Source of the DNA: Eledone cirrhosa
Lineage: Eukaryota
NCBI GenBank assembly: GCA_964016885.1
Contig: OZ024743.1
Coordinates: 32,364,001-32,428,000 of the forward strand
Direction of reading: 5' to 3'
DNA: 64,000 bases
Numbering within the stretch: the first letter of the stretch is position 1; every line of letters starts with the position of its first letter. Both the position numbers and the translations under genes were made by a program. Below, in pieces: positions 53,682 to 64,000 of this stretch. The notes below the pieces were generated by a model, which saw nothing but the letters and a program-made list of their open reading frames with translations, had not been told where the DNA came from and did no database searches.

Positions 53682-53965
53682 TTCTTCTTTTCGCATCTTC
53701 GAAGCATGTGGTTAGTGGTTATATGACAGTTTCCCATTTCTTTACACAGTCCTTTGCATTATTATTAAATTCTGCGAGATCTTTTAAGCTGCACTGGTTG
53801 GGTAGTAGAGGGCAAACAAGGCAGTGCTGCATTGTATGGTCCTCCTCTCCGCATTCGCAGATGGTTGGGCTGGTCTTGTAGCCCCATCTGGCCATAGCAG
53901 CTTTTGATCTCCTCATTCCTGTTCTCAGGCGGTTGAGTGTCTTCCACTTGATTGTAAATGATGAT
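53682..53965 (-). mobile_element. Vingi/Ingi-like LINE 3' fragment
   Basis: WKTLNRLRTG...WGY...CECGEEDHTMQHCLVCP...SLKDL and (GAA)n tail. Confidence 0.8.
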
Positions 53966-56161
53966 TGTAGTAGTAGGTGTGTTGAGCTCTCATTGATTTC
54001 GATCATGTGCGATTTAGTTGTTCAAACAACAAAACAGCCTGCTCATGAAATTAACATGCAAGAGGCTGAGCATTCTATGTATACATATACCATTAATGTA
54101 GTTGTCAGGGAGATTCAGCATGACACGGTGTGTGACAAGGCTGCCTCTTTGAATTACAGGTAAAACTCAGCTTTGCCAGCTGTGTGTGTGTAGGTGTGTG
54201 TGTGCATGCGCATGTGTGTGTGTGTGTGTGTGCATGCACATAATATTTGAAATTATTCCATTAAGAACAGAAAAGAATCATAATTAAAGTAAATTATTCA
54301 ATATATCAAATAGGGAAGTACATTAATTTATTAAAAAGTCATTTTTACAGGACTAGTTCTGTTTCTTTCATTTAAGAATTTGTCAGGATTATTAATTCCC
54401 TGACAAATTCTTAACTGAAAGGAATAGTACTAGTTCTGTAAGAGTCCCTTTTGAATAGGTTAATATATCATCCTCATCATCACCATTTTATGTTAATTGA
54501 TGATGATATATATATATATAGTTTCAGAAGATTCCACTTTAGGGTGAAAGTAGGAATTGTTTGCTTAAAATTTGAATCTGTGGTAGTATGCATGTGTGCA
54601 TGTATGTATGTAAAAAAAAGAGAAATAAACTGAGAATGCAAAACAATTTTTTTTAAATGAAAGTTATATTTTAGATCAAATTTAATTTGAATGCATACAT
54701 GGAAAAAATATCTTGGAATTTTTAACGTAAGTTTTCTCTATGGAAAAGTATGTAATTAAAATTCAAAATATATTGGACATGTTTTGATGTGTGACAAAGA
54801 CTTTTAAATGTAACTTCAGGAAGATATGAAATCAAATATAGTAAGATATATTACAAATGACAATATATAAACATAGGGTAAGAAATTGATGTTTAAATAA
54901 TAAAAAAAATTCAAATTTTTCAAAATTTAAAAAAACAAGATGAACTCAGTAAAAAAGCAAAACAAAGATATGAATTTATCTGTTCAGACAGAAATAACAA
55001 ACTGTAGACTGATATATTAGGAATAATTGAATGTTTATGAGGTTTGAATATATTTAGATGGCCATAAGCAATGAATGATTTGGTGTCTAAGATGTTCATT
55101 TCATAGCCATGTGGTTCCCAATTCAATCTAATTGCATGGAGAAGTGAGAATAACTACTAAAGATCTATGACAAGTGTGGTGAGGATTTAATGTAAAGCAT
55201 GGTGGAAGTCATCTGAGATAGTTGGAGGATGGAGGTGTACTGTGGAGTAAGACCTGGGAATGATCTTGGGTAGGAAGACAATGGTGAAGAGAATAGTTAC
55301 TAAAGGGCTATGACAAGTGTGGTGGGAGTAAACAAGATAAAGGAGTGAAAGTGGGTATGATCTCAAAGGGAGAGAGGAGGTACAGTTAAGATGTGAATAG
55401 TTACTAAAGAGTGAATAATACGGTGGGTTGGGTATGATGGCTGCCCCCTTGTTATCGAGTATGGCCACTGCACGAAAAAAAACATAACAACAACAATAAT
55501 AATGATAATATATATATATATATATAACCCCTATTATCACACACATATATATACACATATATTGTTGGATATGAAGAAATCAGTACAGTCAGTACGGGTC
55601 ATGTCAAATCTGCACAAGAAGATGCATTAGATGGGAGGGTGTATTGAATTCTATAAAAATGGAGGGACATCTTATTTTTATTGGCGTGTCTCCTCTACTA
55701 CTAAATGTCGTCATCATCATGGTCTTTCTCCTTTTCTGTTGTGAGGTTTCTCTTTCTATGGTGGACCTTCATTACTTCTTTTCTTGTCTTAGGTCTACCT
55801 CTTCCATAAGTCACATCTGCTGAGATTTTTCTGATATGTCCATATCAGCAAAGTCTTCTTTCTTGCAAACTATCTTCTATTCATTTTATACCAAATTTAG
55901 AAAACTTGTATTTGACAAAATTAAAATATTTGTTGTTAAAAAACAGTTTCACAATGTGTGAAAAATACAAAACTTTGCTTTGCACAGAATGCAAGTTCCT
56001 CACAAGGTTAAACTCTGGTTGTTGTTAGTTTTCTCAGCTGATTAGACTGGAACAATGTGAAATAATGTGCTTTACTCACAGATATACTATACTGCCTTGT
56101 CCAGGGATTAATTTCATAACCATATGACTTGATTTGTGTTGCAGGGAAAATGGATATTAAC

Positions 56162-56461
56162 AGATTATATATATATATATATATATAATATAAAACGAAA
56201 AATCAGTGATGCATCTGAACTCAATTTATTGTGTGTTACAATTGTTTCGCCAGCTGACAGCTCGAGACATAATCATTGGGTGGATCTGTCTGATTCTGAA
56301 TCTGCAGGTTCGACTGACACATTAAATTATTTCAGAGCAAATTCTCTCAGAATGTCTCGAGCTGTCCGCCGGCGAAACAATTGTAACACACAATAAATTG
56401 AGTTCAGATGCATCACTGATTTTTCATTTTATATTATATATATATATATATATATAATCAG

Positions 56462-56494
<33 letters not shown>

Positions 56495-56678
56495 AATCAA
56501 GAAAGAAGAGTGACATGGCTTGCTATACAATAAGGGCTTTATTCACATTGCTGACAATTGTTTCTCTGAACTGGTAGGTCTAGCGATCTCTAGACCTACC
56601 AGTTCAGAGAAACAATTGTCAGCAATGTGAATAAAGCCCTTATTGTATAGCAAACCATATCACTCTTCTTTCTTGATT

Positions 56679-56711
<33 letters not shown>

Positions 56712-56716
56712 CTGAT

Positions 56717-56747
<31 letters not shown>

Positions 56748-56818
56748 AAACGAAAAATCAGTGATGCATCTGAACTCAATTTATTGTGTGTTACAATTGT
56801 CACTCTTCTTTCTTGATT
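56162..56818. repeat. Nested fold-back palindromes
   Basis: One inverted repeat 56162-56460, and a ~420-bp palindrome 56377-56800 centred on loop 56584-56589. Confidence 0.9.
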
Positions 56819-57230
56819 AATTATTACCTCAAGTGTAAACTACATAGAAATCACCGCATACTTGCAGTATCACTATGGAAACGTCTTGTTGAGTCAAACT
56901 TAGCCAAGCGTTAATACTATCCACTACTCGGAGTACCCTAACTGGACTACATCTAAGTGGACTACCTATAACAATACTTTGTTATCCCAGATATATATAT
57001 ATATATATATATATGTCGTTTCTGAATTTGTTTAGCAAGATTCTTTATCTGAAATCGTGTGTTCAAACCGATATTGTTATACTTTGGGAGGGTCATGTTG
57101 CCAATAAGAAACACACGCACCAGTTGCTTTCACTTCAATTTATTATATATTTATAAATTTACAAATTTACAAACTTATAAATTTCTGGTTGGTTGGTTGG
57201 TTCCACAACCAGATAGTTGTTTATATATAT

Positions 57231-57274
57231 AGTCATAGTCCTTTCGTCACACACTCTGTGACCTCTTCAGTGAC
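57231..57274 (-). ncRNA. Second copy of the hammerhead ribozyme in the inverted pseudo-LTR
   Basis: Exact reverse complement of 59767-59810. Confidence 0.8.
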
Positions 57275-59549
57275 ATGTTTTCCAACAGACAAGTCTGGCA
57301 GAATGTCGGTTGACAGCCTGCCAAACTACATCCAGGCAATGCAACCCCACATCACTAACACAAGAGAGGTAACACCACAGGAGCATGAGGATAGAGAAAA
57401 AGCCCTCAATGCCCATATGGTGATCATCATCATCATCATCATCATCAGGTTTAGCGTCCGTGTTCCACGCTTGCATGGGTTTGGACGGGGGTTTTCCCAC
57501 TTGAGGCAAGAGTGGTTGTCTTGCTCGCATAGGACTGTCTGGCGGGTTTTCTACAGTTGGATGCCCTTCCTAACACCAACCATGTGGACGAATATAATGC
57601 AGCCCAACAAAAGGACTGCCAACAACTTCCAGGCCTGGAACAATGACGTGCCGGCGTTGTATGGGCTTCGAAAAGACCATAAAACGGGCTGGGACCCTGT
57701 CGCGGGACCACCAACACGGCCAGTCTGTGGGGCTAACATTGCTAGTAACTACAGACTGTCCTACTTCCTCTCCCTGATCATACGCCCCATCATTGAGATG
57801 TCCCCAGATGTGTGTGACAGCACGGAGGACCTCCTCAGCAGAATCGGCGCGGGTAACCGATCTGGGGACCTAACAAACTGCATAATAGGCAGTATGGATG
57901 TTGTGTCCCTGTATCCATCTATTGACGTGGATTTTGCTGTGGAGAAATGCGTAGAAATGATCAGCGAGAGCAAGGTTGAGTTCCGTGGGATTGATACCAG
58001 TGAGCTGGGACTTCTACTTAAGCTTACCCATAGTAATAGTTACCTAGACACTTATGACCTTAGCATCCTGTGCCCTACAAGACCAGCAAGAGGCAGACCA
58101 CCTACCATTACCTCAATGGCCAAGAAAACCCACACAGATAGATGGAACGGGTGGACCAGAGCCATACGGACACCCGAAAACCACGATGAACTGAAGAAAA
58201 TGATTGCACATGCGGTAGGGGCCAGAATAAAATTAACCCTTAAGGAACATATGTTCAAATTTAATGGTAAAACATATGCCCAAGAGGAAGGAGCAGCCAT
58301 TGGTGTTAGCATTGCAGGCGACATAGCTAACTTATTCATGGTATGGTGGGACAGTAGACTTAAACAAAAACTTAATGAACAATTAGAAGACAGCTTAACC
58401 CTGATAATGTACTCCCGCTACGTAGATGATATAAACATCGTAGTTAAGACACCCCCACTAAAGAACAGTCAGGAACTAGAGAAAAACACAATGGAAAGCA
58501 TCCAGCAAATAGCAAACTCCATCCACCAGAGCATTAGAGTTACTATAGACTACCCAAGTAGACACCCCAACCATCGATTACCTGTACTAGACACAGAGCT
58601 CTGGTTAGATACCATTAACAACCAAAAACAAATCCTCCATTCCCATTATGCCAAACCCATGACTTCCAAACATCTGATCCACCGAAACTCGGCCATTTCG
58701 GACCATACCAAAATCAACATACTGATTGCGGATTTGGTACGGGTGATGAGAAATGTGTCCCGCATGTGCAACCCCGAAGAACTAGAGAGACACATACAAC
58801 ACTTCATCCACCGTATGCAGTTCTCTGGCTACAATCAGAGAGATAGAATCAGAGTGTATAAAGGAGCCAGAACCAAATGGGAAAAAATGGTAAATAATGA
58901 CATAAATGGGACCTGCCCCTTGTATAGGAGCAAATTTTGGAATAGAATAGAAAGAACTAGGAACAAGGCCAATAGAATAAACTCATGGTATGATAGCAAT
59001 AAATACCAGAGTGTAATGTTCATCAATACAACCCCTAGAGGCGAACTAGCCTACAAATTTAGAAGGGCCCTAAATAAACATAATCTCAATATTAAGATAG
59101 TAGAAAGACCTGGTACCTCCGTAAAAACACTTATTAGCAAGACATACCCATTCCAAAGACCCTCATGTATAGATAAGAAATGTATAACCTGTAAAATAAG
59201 CCCCCATATTAACTGTAAAACTAGAAATGTAGTGTATAGCATAAGATGTACTGAAGGACAATGTAGAAACAAAAATATAGTGTACATAGGTGAGACAGCT
59301 CGTAGTATAGGGGAACGAATAAATGAACACTGGCGAGACCTCCAAGATAATAAAGAATCATCTGTGCTCTACCAACATGCTAAGATAGAACACAGGGGTA
59401 GATTAGAGAGCATAGAAATAAAAATAGAATCCACACACAGAAAAGACGCAATGTTTAGGCAAATTACAGAGGCAGTAAGCATAAAAGAATTAAAACCAAA
59501 ATTAAATAGAAAATATGAGTGGAACAGCAACATCACAACTTACAATTAA
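57275..59549 (+). CDS. PLE reverse transcriptase + GIY-YIG endonuclease, N-terminally truncated; Cys-rich linker suggests Neptune-like group
   Basis: RT motifs PTDKSG, LYGLRKDHK, PTRPVC, SMDVVSLYPSI, QEEGAAIG, YSRYVDD, LPVLD. Linker CIDKKCITC. Endonuclease VVYSIRC...YIGETARSIGERINEH...RQITEA...PKLN. Frame open to the stop at 59549. Confidence 0.92.
57423..57581 (-). mobile_element. 159-bp RTE 3'-tail fragment inserted in frame in the PLE ORF
   Basis: (ATC)n followed by sequence closely matching 26969-27130. Length 159 = 53 codons with no stop. Confidence 0.9.
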
Positions 59550-59765
59550 GGACAAAATGAAAACACACACACACATAGAACAAACAACCAACCAACAATA
59601 AATAAATAAATAAATAAACAAATAGAAAAATAGAAAAATGAACACAAACACACACAGACACCCGGATGTGGCGCATGCGCAAACTGAGCACACAACACAC
59701 ACACAGAAACAAAATGGCGTAGGATAGAAGAAAGGAAAGGCACAGAAACGAAGAAAGGAATCCCC

Positions 59766-59810
59766 AGTCACTGAAGAGGTCACAGAGTGTGTGACGAAAG
59801 GACTATGACT
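59766..59810 (+). ncRNA. Minimal type I hammerhead ribozyme in PLE pseudo-LTR
   Basis: AGTCA (stem I) CTGAAGA G GTCACA-gagtg-TGTGAC (stem II) GAAA GGAC TA TGACT (stem I'). Predicted cleavage after CUA (59805). Confidence 0.85.
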
Positions 59811-59996
59811 ATATATATAAACAACTATCTGGTTGTGGAACCAACCAACCAACCAGAAATTTATAAGTTTGTAAATTTGTAAATTTATAAATATATAATA
59901 AATTGAAGTGAAAGCAACTGGTGCGTGTGTTTCTTATTGGCAACATGACCCTCCCAAAGTATAACAATATATATATATGTATATATATATATATAG

Positions 59997-61104
59997 ATCA
60001 TCATCATCATCATCATTTTACATCCGCATTTCCCTGCTTGCAAGGGTAGGATGGGTCTTATTCAGCACAGCATCTCTCCACTTGTCATGGTCCTTCGTCA
60101 TCTCCACCGTGAGCTTCAGCGATCTGAGGTCTGTTCTCACCAACTCCGCCCATGTTTTTCGTCGTCTACCTCTACCACGTCTTCCTTCAACTAGCATTTC
60201 CTGGCACTTCTTTACCCATCGGTCATCCTCCATGTGCATCACATGTCCATACCACCTCAGTCTCCTCTCCCATACACTACATTCTATCCCTCTCAGACAC
60301 AGTTTCTCTCTCAAGACATTCATGCTGGGTCGATCACGCACATTGACATTGCACATCCAACGGAGCATGCTTGCCTCATTTCTCTCCAGCCGTCGCATAT
60401 CCTCTGCAGTTACTACCCATGCAGCATTGCACTCCTCACACACGCATCATATAACCGGCCTTTCGTACGCAGGGAGAAACCCTTCTTTGTCAGCAGAGGA
60501 AGCAGCTCCCTAAACTTCTTCCAACCCATCCTTATTCTAGATACTATGGCCTCGGAACACCCTCCTCCCATGCTAATCTGATCTCCTAGGTACTTGAAGC
60601 TATCCACCACTTCTATAGCACCCTCCTGCATTTGAAAAATGTGTCTATCAATGCGACTTCTACTGTCTAATTTCCCTGTACATCTATTGCATGCGTATTT
60701 CCCCTTACCTGTTAGTTTGCCTGCTATCCCACTACATCTCTTGTGTACCCAGGATCGGCATTGTGTGCATTTTATAGAATTTATGCCAGTTCCTTTTCTG
60801 CATATTGAACATGGCCATTTCCCTGACGGAATCAGAGTTTTGTCCTCTTTTCTACTCATCAACACTTTTGTCTTAGCTAGGTTCACTCTCAGTCCTCTTG
60901 CTGTTTCCATAGCCAGAATTTATTCTCTAGCTCCTCTACTGATTCTGCTATAAGAACCAGATCGTCAGCATAGAGAAGTTCCCATGGACAGCCAGTCTTA
61001 AATTCCTTTGTTATGGCTTGGAGGACTATAATGAACAAGAGCGGGCTGAGGACCGAACCTTGATGTACTCCTACTTGTATCTGGAATTCCTCACTAAACT
61101 CCAT
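59997..61104 (-). mobile_element. 5'-truncated RTE, short-3'-UTR subfamily, with frameshifts
   Basis: GVHQGSVLSP, LLYADD, PHD (WPCSIC...HKRC...CNRC) and FKYLG spread across ORFs 60889-61179, 60413-60910 and 60018-60443. Confidence 0.92.
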
Positions 61105-61339
61105 TCCTTCTCTGACTTTACTGATATATATATACATATATACAATCTCATATAAAATAATACAGCCAATTATCCACACAATACATAGTTAGCACTCCAA
61201 ACATTTAATTGGGAATATACATATATATTTCCTAATGTTTGTTGAGTGAGTTGGAAATTGGTCTGAGTATCACTAATAGCTTTCTCCGTTTATGTAATTA
61301 TGTTATATATATATATATATATACACATGTCTTACTCAA

Positions 61340-61611
61340 GGATGTGTTGTTTCCTTGAGCAAGACACTTTATTTCACATTCCTCCAGTTTACTCAGCTGT
61401 AGAAATGAGATGATAGGGACTGGGGTCCATATCATTCCACTGCAAAGTGGTCGTGGAGGTGCCACGGCAAAAAAGCACCCAGCACTCAGTGTAAATGAGG
61501 TTGATGTTAAGAAGGGCATCCAGCTGTAGAAATCAAGCCAGAATCTGTTCCCGTCCCACCCTTGCAAGCAGGGAAAAGTGGACGTAAAATGAAATGATGA
61601 TGATGATGATG
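61340..61611 (+). mobile_element. Same SINE family, head missing
   Basis: CORE through (GAT)n tail. Confidence 0.8.
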
Positions 61612-62647
61612 AAACACAAATATATATATAAATATATATATGGTATTTATTTAAAAACAACAAAAAGCTGGACTCAAAATATTTTTTATGTTGTAAAAAC
61701 ACATGTATTTCTAATATGGTTTATCATTATAATTATCATCCTCATTCCCATCATAATTTTCTGCATCCCCCTTATCACTTTCATTATCATCACCATCCTC
61801 TTCATCAGCATCACCATGACTTTAGTCCTTGTCATCATCACTATTGTTGAATTCATCATCACTTTCATCATCAACGTCATGCCGAGGTTAACTTTGCCTT
61901 TCATCCTTACGGGGTCGATAAAATAAAGTACCAGTAATGTACTGGGTAATTGCTGGCCTTGTGCCAAAAGTAGAAACAATTATTGCTTTCATCATCCTTA
62001 GCAGCATCATCATCATAATTTTTTATAATAAAACTTGAAAATGAAAAGAAAGAAAATAATATTTAAAAAAAATGAAAACACAAAACAATACAAAAACAAC
62101 AAATATAATAAAAACATAATATATTTACAAAATATGTTATATATATATTTTTATAGCCATAATACCTCATTTCCATATGTAACATATCAAGAAATCATAC
62201 AAATTTGGAACATTAATATAGAGCCACAAACTTATACTAGGTGGTGTAGTAAATTGAGAGACAAATTCAAGTGTGTTGTCAATTGAACTTAGAATATTAA
62301 AGAGCAAATTTAAATGCTGTTCTAGCACTGATGATGATAATAATTGTTTCTACTTTTGGCATAAGGCCAGCGATTATCCAGTACATTACTGGTACCTTAT
62401 TTTATTGACCCCGTAAGGATGAAAGGCAAAGTTAACCTTGGCAAAATAATAATAGTTTCTACTTTTGGCACAAGGCCAGCAATTTGATGAGGAGGGAAAG
62501 TCGATTAAATCGACACCAGTGCATTACTGGTGCTTTATTTTATCGACCCCATAAGGATGAAAGGCAAAGCTAACCTCAGAACGTAAAAGGCCATAACTCT
62601 ATGCCAAGAAGCAGGGTGTCCGATGCTCTACTGATACTGCCAATCCA

Positions 62648-63325
62648 ATAATAATAATAATGATTTCTTTATTAGCCACAAGGGCTTGCACATAGATTAT
62701 AGTAAACATCATAAGCATAAGGGTTACAATACATGTAAGACAGGACAATCAAAATTATTTAAATGAGGGCAAAGACAATGACAGATGAATCCTGTAATGA
62801 GTATAAAAGTATTATCAAACACTTAATAATTGACACAACATAAAAAATCTTTTAGGGTTACCAACTCACACACAGGTAGGAAGTGATTGAATAAGTCGAG
62901 TCATAAAACACTAGGAGGCAGCACCTCCCTCTCTACCCTCATCCTTTTCTTGAAGTTGAACTTAAAGAAGTTGATGAGGACTTGGCCAGAAAGGAAGATT
63001 CCCGTCCTCAATCCTTTTTGACGAGTCCACCATACAGCTTCCTTCACCATAGCTACCAGGCAGAGGATGCCTTTCTGTGCCACTCTTCTAAAAGAAGATG
63101 ATGGTTCAATTTTTACTATAGACCTGGCTGATAGCTGGATGCCCTACAATGATAACAATTGTTTAACACAGGCTCACAACTCTGCAATGCACAGACACTG
63201 AGTGATGGCATGCAGAACAGTTCATCATCCAGGATGCATCACAAACAAGTCCAACTATTGGCACTTCAATACCTGTAGAACTTGTCTCAAACTGGAAGTG
63301 CACCTCTGTAGCACTGTCATGTTAA
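62648..63325 (-). mobile_element. Tx1/L1-like LINE 3' fragment
   Basis: CYRGALPV, C..C...E/TVLHAITQC, KEAVWWTRQK; AATAAA followed by an (ATT)n tail. Confidence 0.6.
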
Positions 63326-63344
63326 AGGAGAAAGAAAAATAGAT

Positions 63345-63490
63345 AATCTGACTTGAAATACGAAATCTTCAAGTGCTGGAAAAAAGAAGTTGACAAGGTC
63401 ATGATCTTGTTAATTGTCATTGGAACCTTGGAAACCATGGCAAAGAATTTGAAAGGAAACCTTAGAAAGCTAGACCTGAATCTGGAGGTT
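63345..63490 (+). mobile_element. R4-like RLE C-terminal fragment
   Basis: LKYEIFKCW...IVIGTLETMAKNL resembles the RLE tail motif. Confidence 0.45.
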
Positions 63491-64000
63491 TGGGGCCAGA
63501 TACCCTTCTTGATGCCAACTTTTTTAGTTTCTTTTTAAAACATGCAGATATATGGTGTATATATTCCATCACTGCCTGCCAATCTGGCTGAGCACCATAG
63601 TTTTGAAAGTGGTAATGCTGGTGCCACAATAAAATCCACTCAGCTTACACTGTAAAATGGTAGTGCAGGTGCAATGATAAATGCACCCAGCTTGCTCTCT
63701 AATGTGATAGTGCTTGTGCCATGATAAAAAGCACACAATTTATCCTGCCAGGTGCTAGTAGCAGTGCCCTGATAAAATACACCCAGCACATACCATAGAG
63801 AGGTTGGTATTAGGAATGACATACAGCTATAAAAAACCATACCTAAATGGAACATATGAGTGAGATGCAGTCAGTTGGCCTGTCTAGCTTTAGAATGTGA
63901 TGACCTATCTAACTCATGCAAGCATGGAAATTAGGAGTAAAATGATAATTGCATATGAGTTGCATACACATATTTATTCTTAATCATACTGTGTTGGTGT

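Larger units (their letters stand above)
57015..59970 (+). mobile_element. Penelope-like element (PLE), 5'-truncated, with inverted pseudo-LTRs, inserted in (TA)n
   Basis: RT + GIY-YIG ORF. 57071-57274 is the reverse complement of 59767-59970. Flanked by (TA)n at 56991-57014 and 59967-59996. Confidence 0.92.

Noticed and set aside
57189-57274. N-terminus of the 786-aa ORF as given in the track
   Set aside because: It is antisense pseudo-LTR/hammerhead sequence with a non-ATG start that is fortuitously in frame.

Overview
AT-rich, microsatellite-dense eukaryotic DNA made almost entirely of transposable elements. No host gene exon could be supported. The SINE types and (TA)n/(CA)n/(GAT)n density suggest a cephalopod such as Octopus; this is an inference. 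Two elements are young and nearly intact. (1) A minus-strand RTE-clade LINE (about 26969-35251) has an open 1084-codon APE-RT ORF with a PHD finger inside the RT. Its 5' side carries exactly seven near-identical 633-bp monomers, each with a TATA/Inr-spaced motif. (2) A Penelope-like element (about 57015-59970; RT + GIY-YIG) has inverted pseudo-LTRs, each with a minimal hammerhead ribozyme, and a frame-preserving insertion of an RTE tail. The rest comprises truncated RTE, R4/Dong-, Vingi-, CRE- and Tx1-like fragments, tRNA-derived SINEs, hAT- and piggyBac-like MITEs, a Helitron end, and many local fold-back palindromes, several built on hammerhead half-motifs. All family assignments come from motif recognition by eye; no searches were run.
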